This document shows positions 26,297 to 38,317 of a stretch of DNA of 64,000 nt, piece by piece; position 1 is the first letter of the stretch, and every line of letters begins with the position of its first letter. The stretch is from the NCBI GenBank assembly GCA_000388065.2, contig KB932207.1. One strand, 5' to 3'. The notes beneath the pieces are model-generated. The model did not search any database, was not told where the DNA came from, and worked only from the letters and a program-made list of their open reading frames with translations. The DNA comes from Fonticula alba ATCC 38817. Its lineage: Eukaryota; Protista; Nucleariida. Position numbers and translations under genes: made by a program.

Positions 26297-27896
26297 CTTC
26301 TCCACGGACTCCACAAGATCGCCGCCCACCGAGCGGACCACATCGAAGAAGTCATTATCATGCAGGCTGTCCGCCCGCCAGAAGGCCACATCCTTGTAGC
26401 ACAGGGGGTACTTGCTGAAGGGGGCGAACTTCACCTTGTCCAGGGTGCTCGGCTGGGCGGGATCGCACGCATCGAACTGCGTCAGGAAGCGCGGGTCGCG
26501 CGACCAGAACAGCCGAATGTCCGGGATCCCAAAGCGAACCATGGCCAAGCGCTCGAGGCCCAGACCAAAGGCCCAGCCGGCCACCGTGCCGCTCGGCGCG
26601 TCGGGCGACGCACCCCCCGCCGGCCGGTAGTGCTCATCGATGATGGCCTGCTGCGTCACCCCGCAGCCCAGCACCTCCAGCCACTCGCCCTGGAAGAAGA
26701 CCTCCACCTCGAAGGAAGGCCGGGTGAAGGGGAAGTAGGCATCCACCCAGCGAATGGGTGTCCCGGGGGGGAAGAGCCCCTCCAGCACGGCGGTCACATG
26801 CGCCCGCAGGTCCGCCTCCACCCGGTCACTGGCCTCCTGGCTGAGGGCCGGCTGCCGGCCCACCGCATCGGGGCCACCCTCGCCCTGGGGCAGGAGCGCC
26901 CGATCGACCGTTTGCCCGGCCGCCGGGTCCAGGTCCAGCAGACGCATGCCCTCCATTTGGTGGAAAACCGGGTAGTGTGAGGCGTCCACCTCATCGCGGC
27001 GGTAGACATCGGCCGCGACGAGGAAATTACGCTGCAGATGTACGGGCGCGCATATGTATGCATGTGTGCGCGAGTGTGCGCGAGTGTGCGCGTGTGTGCG
27101 CGTGTGTGCGCGTGTGTGCGCGTGTGTGCGCGTGTGTGCGCGTGTGTCGGAGATGCGAGCGCGCCAGGCCCCGCATGGCAGGGGGGGGGGGGAAACGAGG
27201 GGGAGGTGGAGGTTAGTCGGAGAGGAGGGAGGGGAAAGGGCAGCGAGCGGAGAGGGCGCCGGCGGCCGAGGAAGGAAGGCGCACGTGGCCTTGGCGCAGG
27301 AGCTCGCTCTGGTGCGCGGAGGAGTGCGTGCGCAGCATGCACTCGGTGCTGGCATAGTACGAATCGGTGAAGGACCGGCTCGGGTGCCCGGGGGCCACCA
27401 GCAGGTGGTCGAAGTTGGCCTCCGGCCGGACAAATGGCGGGAGGTTGTCAAAGACGGCGAAGTTGTCCTTCCCATCGGACGACCGGGCGATCGCCTCCAG
27501 CAGGGCCCGCTGGATGATCGACCGGATGAGGGCCAGCGGGTGCGTGCTGTACCCCGGGCCGGGGCTGCCGGCCGGCGGCTCCAGCAGATGCAAGCCACGG
27601 CTGATGCGCTCGAAGATGGTCGGCGTGATGTTGCAGGTAGCCGGGTCGGCCTCCACGCCGAAGCTGCTCCGCAGCAAGGGCGCCACCTCGGCGAACATGT
27701 GCGCCGGCAGCAGGCACTCCGAGCTCGAGGCCCCGGGCGAGGCGCCCGTCGGCTCGGGGTCGGTCACCGCCGCCGAGGAGAAGCCCCGCAAAAGGGCCGC
27801 GGTGCTGGGACGCGCCGTGCCAATGGCCATGCGGACGTGCGCCGCATGCGCAGTCGGCCCAGCGACACGCACAAGGCGACCAACAGAGGAGAGCAT
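26297..27896 (-). CDS. FARS2: Mitochondrial phenylalanyl-tRNA synthetase; exons 27896-27285 and 27031-26297, last exon probably in gap 25502-26210
   Basis: NFDHLLVAPGHPSR, MLRTHSSAHQ, DVYRRDEVDASHYPVFHQMEG, YFPFTRPSFEVEV, WLEVLGCG, GWAFGLGLERLAM, FSKYPLCYKDVAFW (FDX-ACB domain). The N-terminus resembles a presequence. Confidence 0.96.
27061..27147. repeat. 10-bp (CGTGTGTGCG)n repeat in FARS2 intron 1
   Basis: About 8.5 near-perfect copies close to the acceptor end of the intron. Confidence 0.9.
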
Positions 27897-28180
27897 GTCA
27901 GGCGGGGAGGAGGGAGAGAAAGGATGCGCGCGGGGGGGGAGAGGGGGAAGGGGGGAGGGGGGATGGATCCACGAAGGGGGAAGAGGAGAATGCCGCTTTT
28001 GCCTTGCGGCAGGCGAGCAGTCACTTTGCCCATGAAGGGGGATCTGTCCGGGATCGACCGGACCCGTGTGGTGCCCAGGCATTGGGCGACAATGCGAGCG
28101 CTCTCGACCAGGAGAAACCCCTTGAGTCATCACATCTTGACCGGGTTTACGCCACACGGACACAAGCAGCTCGGAAAACA

Positions 28181-28182
<2 letters not shown>

Positions 28183-28236
<54 letters not shown>

Positions 28237-28251
28237 AGGGAGAGAGAGAGA
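28183..28251. repeat. (AG)n microsatellite between FARS2 and the M16 gene
   Basis: More than 20 AG units. Similar SSRs lie at about 1454-1487 (CA), 14391-14437 (GTGTGC), 32790-32903 (GA/GC), 40008-40036 (AG) and 54917-54952 (CA). Confidence 0.9.
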
Positions 28252-28498
28252 GGCGGAGGAGGGCAAGACGATGGAGCCGGCTCGGGGCCGCGGCCCGAGA
28301 CCCACACTGCACACACAGCCCCCGTCCCCCGCACCCGGCCCCGGGCCATACATAAACGTGCGCCCGCCGCCCATCTGGCCCCCCCCCCGTCCCCACAACC
28401 CACGGCAGAGTGGGACACAGCAAAGGCACCAGGGCCACCGGGCCCGGTCGATGCGTTGGTATCTATTTGGGAGGTGCCGACGAATCGGGGAAGACCAC

Positions 28499-31400
28499 TC
28501 ACTCGGAGTCGCTGGCGCTCATGTCCTCGTCGTCGCTGTCGCCCTCATCCCCGGAGGAACCGGCGTCGGTGCTGCCGTCCTCATCGTCCTCATCGTCCTC
28601 ATCATCCTCATCGTCCTCACCCTCCTCATCGTCCTCATCCTCCTCATCGTCGTCCTCGGCAGGGCCGGCATCAAGATCCGAGTAGTCCACGACCGGCTTC
28701 AGGAGGAAATCCAGCTCAGGGCTCTGAGCCAGGGAGTTGAAGGACCGGATGTGGGCACACGGGGCCAGCACATCGCCACCCGAGCAGGTCCCGGCCCCCG
28801 GGAAGAGCGCATCACCGCGCGGGAGAAGCCCATCCACCGAGGCCAGGCGGCGGACCTCCGCGCCGCGAGCAACCAAGGCATCGACCGCCTGCCCGGCCGA
28901 GGAGGTCGGCGACACGACGGCCGTCAGCGACCGACCCGGGGTGAAGACCGGGCGGACATTGCGCTCGAAAGCCTCATACAGCTGACCGGCCGACATGCTG
29001 GTCACCTCACTGGCCATGGCGCGGAAGAGCTGGTCGGCCCGATCGCCGCGGAAGTCCGCCGGCTCCGGCAGGGCGGCCTCCCGGCGCAGGAACACGGCAT
29101 TCATGAAGGCATGATTGGCCGCGCTGAAGAGGCACTTCATGCGGCTCACCCGCGAGTAGATGTACACCGATTTGGCCGCCACAAGGTCCGTGTCGGAGAT
29201 GTTGGGCTCGGTCGAGCCGTCCACCGGGCACAGAGACCGGGCCACGCCGTCCACCGCCTCGGCCACCGCCTCGACACCGGCATTGCTGATCCGGTAGGCC
29301 GACAGGGTGATGAGCCCGGCATTGGGGTCGCTGTCGGCGTAAATCCCATAAGACAGCCCGCGCCCGCGGACACCCTTCCACAGGGGCCCCTCGGTCATGC
29401 TCAGGAAGGTGCACAGGACATCCAGCTCATGCACCTGCGGGTCCAGGAAGGACACCGGGCCCGGGGCCGCGTGCGTGGAGAAGGAACTCTCGGTGGAGCC
29501 CATCTCCACGACCACCGCCCGGCCGGAGGTGGTCAAAGCCTCCCGGGCCAAGGGCGTCAGGCAGCCATTGGTCAGCACGGCCGGGCCCAGGGCCCGGCCC
29601 AGGATGGACCGCTGGACATCCAGCAAGGTCACCGGCCGGAGGCCGTCATCAGGCCGACCGCCATCGGCCGAGCGGGCCGCCCGGAAGGCAGCCGCCGCGC
29701 TGGCCGACCCGCTGGCCAGCAACGCCTCCGGAACCAAATCCCCGATGGCCGCCACATGGCCAAAGTGCTGCAGCCACACGGCACGCGCCGACTCGCCGAG
29801 GTCCACCACATTGCCCGACACATGGGCCAGCATGCGCAGCGAACCGACCGGGCCGTCGGCGGCGGCCGGCAGGGCAGCCGGCCGGGCAGCGATGGCAGCC
29901 ACCGCGCGGGCTACCGCGACCGCCGGCTCGGCCCCCTCGCCGGACACCTCCAGGTCGCCGGCGCTCCCGGTGAAGAGCAGCCGCTGCACCAGGGCCAAAT
30001 CGCGCAGGGCCCCAGCCGGATCGGCCTTCAACTGGCGAATCACCCGCCGGAGGAAGTGCTCCTGATGCCGGGGGTTTAGGCGCACCGTGTTGGAGCAATG
30101 CCGGCAATGGGTCAGCGCGTCGGACATGGCAATGCCCACATAGGTGGAGCCCTGTTGGCTGTAGGCCGACAGGCCGGCCAGCAGACGCCGGGCCATGACC
30201 ACCAGCCGGGCCGGGCTCAGGTGCACCTGGCTCAGGCGCCAAGCCAGCCACCGGACGCCCCGCTCGTAGTTGGCCTGCGTGACGAAGGCCGACATGGAAG
30301 CCAGCGTCTCGGACCGCGGGCAGATGCCACTGGCCCCGAGCGGCCAGATGGACCCGATGTCCGTCAAAAACTCGATGGTATCCTGCTCCATGAGCGTGGT
30401 GGCCTGGTCATGCGGCAGGACCATGACCGGGGACTGGTCGCCGGCCGGGCGCAGGACCGCCATCGCACGGAGGTCCTCCGGCACGGCATCCGCACTGGCA
30501 AAGGCAATCGGCGCCTCGGTCGCATAGTTCAGGTACAGGTACAGGTAGTCCCGCAGCCGGGGCGGCAGGATGGACGTGTCGAAGATGACATTCAACTTGA
30601 AGAAGCGGCTGGGCACGTCTGCGGCGCCGGGCGCGGGTTTGGTGGGGGGGCGGGGGCGGGAGAACAAGGCAACAGGTTAATCCCCATGGATGAGGGCCGG
30701 AGGCAGGGAAAAAGAAGGAGCCCAACAAGAGGAGCCCAACTGCGAGGACGGTCGCCGACGCACGATCAAACTGCAGCTCGAAGGGCAGGATCCGGTCCGG
30801 GGCGCTGGCCAGGAGGGCCAGCTGCACGGCGTTCAGGCGCCCGGTGTCCAGGCCTCCGGACGCGTCGAGGTCCAGCGCGCTGCGAGACCCATCGGCGAAG
30901 ACATGCAGTCGCGAGCTGACCACCGGGTAGAGGGTCACCGAGTCCGGGTCCGGGCGGGAGGTCAGCCCGGCCAGCACAGCATCCGGAATGGGGGCTGTGT
31001 TGACGGCCTCGGCCGCGGCCAGCACCCCGGCGAAGGAGTCCCGCTCCTCCGAGGAGAAGCGCTCCAGGTGCGCCTTCAGATTGGCGGCCGCCTGCTGGGC
31101 CAGCATGTCCGACCGGTGGGGGTCCGGCACACCGGCTACCGCCACAAATGGCGCATCCACCAGGTATCGCTTTGCCAGGGCCACCCAGCGCTCGGCCGGC
31201 CAGGCATCCGAGTCCAGGGCCGCCCGGTAGCACAGGGCCGGGCCGTAGAGGGCCGTCGGCAGGTCCTGATAATCCGACCGGCCGTTGATGAACTCCGACA
31301 GGACCGCATCCAGGATCAATTCCTTGGGGTCATTTTCGCTGTTGAACTGCATGGTCTGCAGCTCGCGCCGGAGGACTTGGTGCATGCGCTCCAGGCTGAA

Positions 31401-33600
31401 GTTGTCCACCGCCTTGCGCATCTCCCCGGGGAGGGCGGCAAAAACGGCCTCCTGGCTGGCGACATCCATGCCGTCGAGCGTGAGGAAGTACACCGTCCGA
31501 AGGAAGGTGAGGTCGTCATAGTAGACGGCTACAGGCGGGGGAGGGNNNNNNNNNNGGGGGGGAAGGGGAGAGCCGCACAAGGACAAGGTCAGGGACATGC
31601 CATGTCCGGCATGCGACAGCGAAAGGGCGAAGAGAAGGCCGACGTACAGGAGGCCAGACCCGTGTCCACAAAGGCCGCATGCAGGTCGGACACCGAGGAC
31701 TCGGTGAGATAGAGGAACAGAGCCTCAAGCATGGCGCGGTCTTCGTGCTCCTGCAGCAGGGCGGCCGGGGGAAGGGACGGGGGAAGGGACAGGAATGTCA
31801 GAGGGAAATCGCCCATCCATGGCGGAGGGGGGAGGAGGGAAGATCGGGAGCCCGGAAGAAGTGACAAGCCCGCGCGAAAAGTGCACAGGCGGCACGGGCA
31901 CACATACGCACATGGTATTCCGGGCCGGCCCAGGCGATGTACATCTCGCCGGAGTTGTCCTCATCCGAAGGGAAGGGGACATCCACCTTGCGTGGGGCGC
32001 CGGCGGTTGCCGGGGGAGGGAGCGCCGGCGAATCGACCCACGGGCTGGTTGCGCGGGAGAGTCAGACAGGCAAGCCGCGCAAGGAAGGGAGCAGAGGCCA
32101 AGGGAGGAAGGCGCCGAAAGCGACCCCATGCACGCATGCCGTACCGAGGCTTGGGGTTGGCTGGGAAGTTGGCGAACTTCGGCACGCCGATAATGCGCTC
32201 ATTCTCGAATTGAGCGATGGTGCTCAGCAGCTGGGCCAGGCCGGCATCGCCGCCCAGACCGCCGATCACCACCAGGCACAGGTTGTCCGGGCGGTAGTAC
32301 TCCGTGTGGTAGGCGCGAACTGCCGGACAGCCAAACGGTGGACGGAGACGAGAAGGGGGGCGGGGGGTGAGCACACGGAAGCAGGAGACCATGGTCCAGC
32401 AAGACAGCATGTAAGGACGCACCCTCCTCGATCGAGGATTGCTGCAGGCCGACCAGCGTGCCGCCAGTGTTGGATGTGTAGCCCGACCAGGCGGGGTACA
32501 TCTCTCGGACCAGCTGCATCATCATCAGGTCGCCGCTGGTGTTCTCGCGGGCCTGCATCTCCGAGTAGACGACGCCGCCTTCCTGATGCTGGCCATTGAT
32601 GTGATACACCTCGGTGGTGAAGCCCTCAGCGGTCAGGGTCGGGTGCAGGATGTGATCCAGATACATTGGCAGCGAGGAGAGGAAGCCCTTGATGCCGGCG
32701 TTGGTGATCTAGGCAGCGGGAGGATCAGAAGAGACCAGGGGGACATGGGTCAGCAAGGGAGGAGGGGAGGGAGCAAGACAGAACGAGGGGGCGAACGAGA
32801 GAGGGAGAGAGAGCGAGAGAGCGAGAGAGCGAGAGAGCGAGAGAGAGAGAGAGCGAGAGAGCGAGAGAGAGAGAGAGAGAGAGCGAGAGCGAGAGCGAGA
32901 GAGAACGCCTGGGCCACTGCAGGACGGGATCCCATGGAACCGAGTGTCCAGACGCACCGTGTAGCACGTGTGGTCCGTGTCAGTCCAGGCGTTTGTGCCA
33001 TCCGAGAGGCAGCGGTTGGCATCGATATCGAGGATGCCCTGGCATCGGGAAGGGGGAGCAGGCGCAGGCAGAGAAAGATGGCCGGAAGTTAGTCGAACAC
33101 GCGGCCGGGAGCTGAGCATGCCAAGGGGGGGGNNNNNNNNNNNNNNNNNNNNNNNNNNNNNNNNNNNNNNNNNNNNNNNNNNNNNNNNNNNNNNNNNNNN
33201 NNNNNNNNNNNNNNNNNNNNNNNNNNNNNNNNNNNNNNNNNNNNNNNNNNNNNNNNNNNNNNNNNNNNNNNNNNNNNNNNNNNNNNNNNNNNNNNNNNNN
33301 NNNNNNNNNNNNNNNNNNNNNNNNNNNNNGGGGGGGGGGTGAGCGGGTGCGAAGAGGCGTGTGGCCGCGGAGCGGGCGGAAGATCGCAAATGGCGAGGAG
33401 AGATCGACAGGAGGCGCACCACCAGTGTCCGCGGCGACGATGGTCAGGCCGGACTTGGCCGAGCGCCACACATGGACATCACAATCCGGCACCTCGGTGG
33501 CGGTGACACTGTTGGAAACAATGTGCTGCTGGAGGAGGAAGTGCTCCAACTCAGGATTTCCTGAGGTGAAGCTGCAGACGAGCGGCGGCGCGCCAGTCAT
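28499..33600 (-). CDS. Peptidase M16 (insulinase family), C. elegans C05D11.1-like, multi-exon
   Basis: WRSAKSGLTIVAADTG, GILDIDANRCLSDGTNAWTDTDHTCYT, YLDHILHPTLTAEGFTTEVYHI..GGVVYSEMQAREN, SNTGGTL, YHTEYYRPDNLCLVVIGG, LWKGVRGRGLSYG. The HxxEH exon is not visible and probably lies in gap 33133-33329. Confidence 0.88.
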
Positions 33601-36294
33601 CCCTGCGGAGGGGGCGGAAGCAAGGGAGGGGGGGAGGGAGCTAGGCGAAAGGGGGGGGGGGAGGAGGGGGGGAGATCTGGCCACTGGCTGGGCGCGCGCT
33701 GGTCGGGTGGGGACCGACCCTTTCAGTCGGCCATGCACCCTCGCCCCCGCCAGCTGGCAGGCGCAACATCGGGAGGGCGTCCGGCCACCCACCTCCCTAG
33801 TCCTGTGTCCCGCCCTCCACTCTCCCTCCCCCCGGGGGAGGAAGGCGCCGCGCGGGGAATGATGCAAGATGCCGCCGGAGGCGAGGGAGAAAAGAGGCAT
33901 CGAGAAGCCCCCCGGATGTGCACCTGCGCCAGACTCGTTTCCGTGGGTATATCCCCCCTCCCCGCACCCAGTCACGGAGCCGCACCGGGGGCAGCCCTGC
34001 CGCCGCAGCCAGAAAGCTCGCTGTGGCAAAATCGACCTGCGCAAAGAGCTGTTTGATGCAAGCCCTCGCCTCCCCCCGCCCCATCCGCCGGACTCGCGTT
34101 CGCGGCGCCATCGAGGGCAGGAAAAGTAGACAGCATTAGTCGCACCTTTATCACATGATGCCATCCCGTCGCACATTGCTTCTCGTGGGTTAAACTGGTA
34201 TCCACGTGCTCTTGTGCCAGGTGTAACTCGCTTGGGATTGGGGCATTTTGGTAAGCAGAACCCCTTGACCCCGGAAAATGGCCTGCCCCCCCTCCCTCCC
34301 CGCCTCTCGCCCCGCCCCGCTGCCCCGCCTCAAGGCGCGGCAGAGGGCCCGTTACAGGCCGACCTTCGTTCGGGTGCGGGTCGCAGCAGCCAGGGGCAGC
34401 CCGGGCGCTGGGCGCCGCCTTCCGGGTACTGCCGCGGCCACGCCCTGGACGGGTGCCGCTCCGTCGCCCCCAAAAAAAAAATATTATGCGCTGCTCCGAT
34501 TTAACATAACAGACACATATTGGGCCCGCCGCCGGTGGGGACTGGGGGGGGGGCACCGTGGGAGGACACCGGTCCTCTGGGAACCTCGCCATGGGAAAGC
34601 CTCAGCGCCGTCGGCGGGCGGGGGTCAGCCTCTCACGGAGTAACGGCCGGAGCGTGTCCAGGCATTCGGGCCGGCAGGCCTGCGAGTGGCGGGCGCGGTC
34701 AGACCCATGTGCCCAGGCGGCTATCAGCCCCCAGTGTCGGGAGATACTGCCCGGGTGATGACATCCCACTCGGCTGAGCGAGACCGTATGGCCAGCCGCC
34801 AGGGGGGCGGGTGGGGGGAGAGAACAGGACGGAGCTGAGCCCGCGGCGCACAGCACCCCGCCGCCGGCCCTCGCCCGGGGGCGTGGGTGTGTCGGGCGCG
34901 GGCATATATGCATTTTTTTACGTGACCCGCTCCCCGGGGGCACATCTGGGCTGAAAGGTATGCTCCGAGGCGCGGGGGGGGGGGGCAGGGGGGGGGATGT
35001 GAAGGGGATCGTCAGAACCCCTTGAAAGTGCGCAGTTGGATCATTGGGTCCCGCCCCGCCCCAGGGGTAGAATGCGCTTGGATGTCCTCGACGCGCCTCT
35101 CCCCTTCGGCGGTGGCTTATTCACCGCCACCGGTGCACGAGCCAGGCGTGCGGCATCTCATCCGGCAAGGTCCCGCCGCCGAGCCGCCCCCTCCCTCCTC
35201 CCCCGGCCGCCGTGCCCGTGTGGCCGACCGGGGGCGGCTCTTTATGGGGCGTTTGCGCGCCCCCCCCNNNNNNNNNNNNNNNNNNNNNNNNNNNNNNNNN
35301 NNNNNNNNNNNNNNNNNNNNNNNNNNNNNNNNNNNNNNNNNNNNNNNNNNNNNNNNNNNNNNNNNNNNNNNNNNNNNNNNNNNNNNNNNNNNNNNNNNNN
35401 NNNNNNNNNNNNNNNNNNNNNNNNNNNNNNNNNNNNNNNNNNNNNNNNNNNNNNNNNNNNNNNNNNNNNNNNNNNNNNNNNNNNNNNNNNNNNNNNNNNN
35501 NNNNNNNNNNNNNNNNNNNNNNNNNNNNNNNNNNNNNNNNNNNNNNNNNNNNNNNNNNNNNNNNNNNNNNNNNNNNNNNNNNNNNNNNNNNNNNNNNNNN
35601 NNNNNNNNNNNNNNNNNNNNNNNNNNNNNNNNNNNNNNNNNNNNNNNNNNNNNNNNNNNNNNNNNNNNNNNNNNNNNNNNNNNNNNNNNNNNNNNNNNNN
35701 NNNNNNNNNNNNNNNNNNNNNNNNNNNNNNNNNNNNNNNNNNNNNNNNNNNNNNNNNNNNNNNNNNNNNNNNNNNNNNNNNNNNNNNNNNNNNNNNNNNN
35801 NNNNNNNNNNNNNNNNNNNNNNNNNNNNNNNNNNNNNNNNNNNNNNNNNNNNNNNNNNNNNNNNNNNNNNNNNNNNNNNNNNNNNNNNNNNNNNNNNNNN
35901 NNNNNNNNNNNNNNNNNNNNNNNNNNNNNNNNNNNNNNNNNNNNNNNNNNNNNNNNNNNNNNNNNNNNNNNNNNNNNNNNNNNNNNNNNNNNNNNNNNNN
36001 NNNNNNNNNNNNNNNNNNNNNNNNNNNNNNNNNNNNNNNNNNNNNNNNNNNNNNNNNNNNNNNNNNNNNNNNNNNNNNNNNNNNNNNNNNNNNNNNNNNN
36101 NNNNNNNNNNNNNNNNNNNNNNNNNNNNNNNNNTACTCCTTTCCCCCTTCTTCTTGCCTCTCGGTGCTTGTTCATGCATATGGCTCCCCCTTCGCTTGGG
36201 TGGCTGACTCGATTTGCCCCCCCCCCCCTCACGAGCATCACCCGCCGCCTGACCCGTCACCGCTGATCCCCCCTCCGTCCCCAGAGCCGGAAAC

Positions 36295-36868
36295 ATGCCC
36301 TCCTCTGGCAAACAACAAACCCTCCACCCGACCGTGGTGGACTTCGCGGCCGGCGTGCTCGGCGGCTGCGCCGGCATCGTCGTTGGCCAGCCCTTGGACA
36401 CGATCAAGGTCCGCATGCAGGCCCTCGGCACGCTGACACCCCCGCTGGCCGCCCTGCCCGGGGCAGCCGCCAGCGCCACCGGCGCGGTCCGGCCCAGCAT
36501 GTCGACCGCCGGCCTGGGCGGCGTGTCGCTCGGGCCGGCGGCCGGGACCCGGCCCACCGCCCTGGCCGTGGCCACGGCGGCCATCCGCCACGAGGGCCCG
36601 CTGTCGCTCTTCCGCGGCCTGACCCCACCGCTGATCGCTGTCGCCGGGCAGAATGCCATCCTCTTTGCGGTGTATGGCTCGTCGCAGCGCATGGCCGGCG
36701 ACCTGCTGGCCGCCGCCGGGCTCGGCGCGCGCGATCCCAACAGCCTCATGGTGTCCTCGCTGGCCGGTGCTGTTGCCGGCCTGGCCGCATCGGTGGTCAC
36801 CTCGCCGGCGGAGCTGGTCAAGTGCCGGCTCCAGGTGTGGTCCAATGCCGCGGCCGTCGGGGCCCCAG

Positions 36869-36910
<42 letters not shown>

Positions 36911-37809
36911 CCACCCCGGCCAACACCCCGACCATGCTGTCGGTTGCCCGGCAGGCTATGTCCGCGGCGCCTGGGCTGCGTGGCTTCCTGGGTGTCTATC
37001 AGGGCTGGCAGGCCACGGCCCTGCGCGATTCTCCCGGCTACGCCATCTACTTCGGCGCCTATGAGCTGACCATTTCCCATCTGTCAACCGCATGGGGCCG
37101 GCCCCGGGCTGATCCCGCAGTTGTACGTGTGACTTCACCAGCATGCTGCCCCCCGGCCGAGGCATGGTGGATTGGCCTCCTTCTCGCGTTGCTGCCATCG
37201 CCGCCGCCCAGCCCGATGCTGTTTGCCACCGTCGCCACCGCGGCAGCACCCGCGGCGCATCCCCTGGCTGTGCTGCCTTTTTGCGGCTGTGTGACTGACC
37301 TGCGTGGGACCTCCTCCCCTCTCCGCCTCTCTCTGCCTCTCTCTGCCTCTCTTTCCGATGCATGCGTGCCCTCTGTCGGTGTGCCTCCCGGACAGGTGCT
37401 GCTGGCTGGTGGGCTGGCTGGTGTGGCCTCTTGGCTGCCGATCTACCCGTTTGATGTGCTGAAGTCCCGCATGCAGACTGCCGAGGCCCTGGCCAGTGAC
37501 GTGCCGCGCCGCGCGTCCCTCTCCATGAGCTCCATCATCCGTCAGGGTGTCGCCCAGGAGGGTGGCTACCGGTGGCTCTTCCGCGTGCGCGCCCATTCCT
37601 GGCATCTCCCAAAATGTGTCGCCCTCTCACCCACCCTCTAACTTCCCTCGGCTGCATGCTGCTCCCTTCCCCCTTGTTTTTCCCCTCCGTCCCCTGGCGG
37701 CAACACATCATGGCAGGGCATTGGCCCGACCCTTGCGCGGGCCTTCCCCGTGAATGCGGTTACCTTCTTCGTTTATGAGTGGTCAGCCTCCCTGCTCTCT
37801 AGTTTCTGA
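36295..37809 (+). CDS. Mitochondrial carrier (SLC25; basic amino acid/carnitine SLC25A29/45-like clade); exons 36295-37122, 37396-37584, 37717-37809
   Basis: Three carrier signatures: QPLDTIKVRMQ, SPAELVKCRLQ, YPFDVLKSRMQ. Also ALRDSPGYAIYFGAYE and GIGPTLARAFPVNAVTF. Confidence 0.92.
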
Positions 37810-38317
37810 TGGCGCCTACATCGCCCCCCCCCCCCCCCTTCCGCCTCCCCCCATCCCCTTGGAGTGCGGAGGAGGGGACAGGGCGGCTCCCAGCGCACTG
37901 GGATGCCTCCCCTCTTCTTGTGATCTCTCTTGTCGTCCTTGGGGCGTTTGTGTGTAAAAATGCCCCCCCCCCCCCCCACACACACACACACACTCCCACC
38001 ATCCATGCACCGCGATTTTCGGTCACCCATCTCTCTCCTCCAGCCCACGCACGCATGCGCAGGCGCTTGCCCCACACACGGTTTCCGCCCTTGTCCCCGG
38101 CCGCCGGCGGCCGATGATGATGCCGATGTGACGGCGGCGATCCACCAAATACATCTCCTGTCCTTGACTCCAAATGCCTGATGCATGGCGCGAAGCACTC
38201 TCGACCCTGCCTCGTGAAAGGGGAGGGGGGGGGGCCGCGCAAAGTGTGATCTGTTTGTATTTTCTTTTCTTTGTCCGGATGCCACGGGTGGAGGGGGAGG
38301 CGACACATGGCGCGGTG

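Noticed and set aside
25379-27598. Long ORFs running through N-gaps (also 35121-36935 and 43585-45388)
   Set aside because: They are open only because Ns translate as X.
34755-34845. GTGATGA..CTGA..CTGA resembling a box C/D snoRNA
   Set aside because: There is no terminal stem or recognisable rRNA guide, and such motifs arise by chance.
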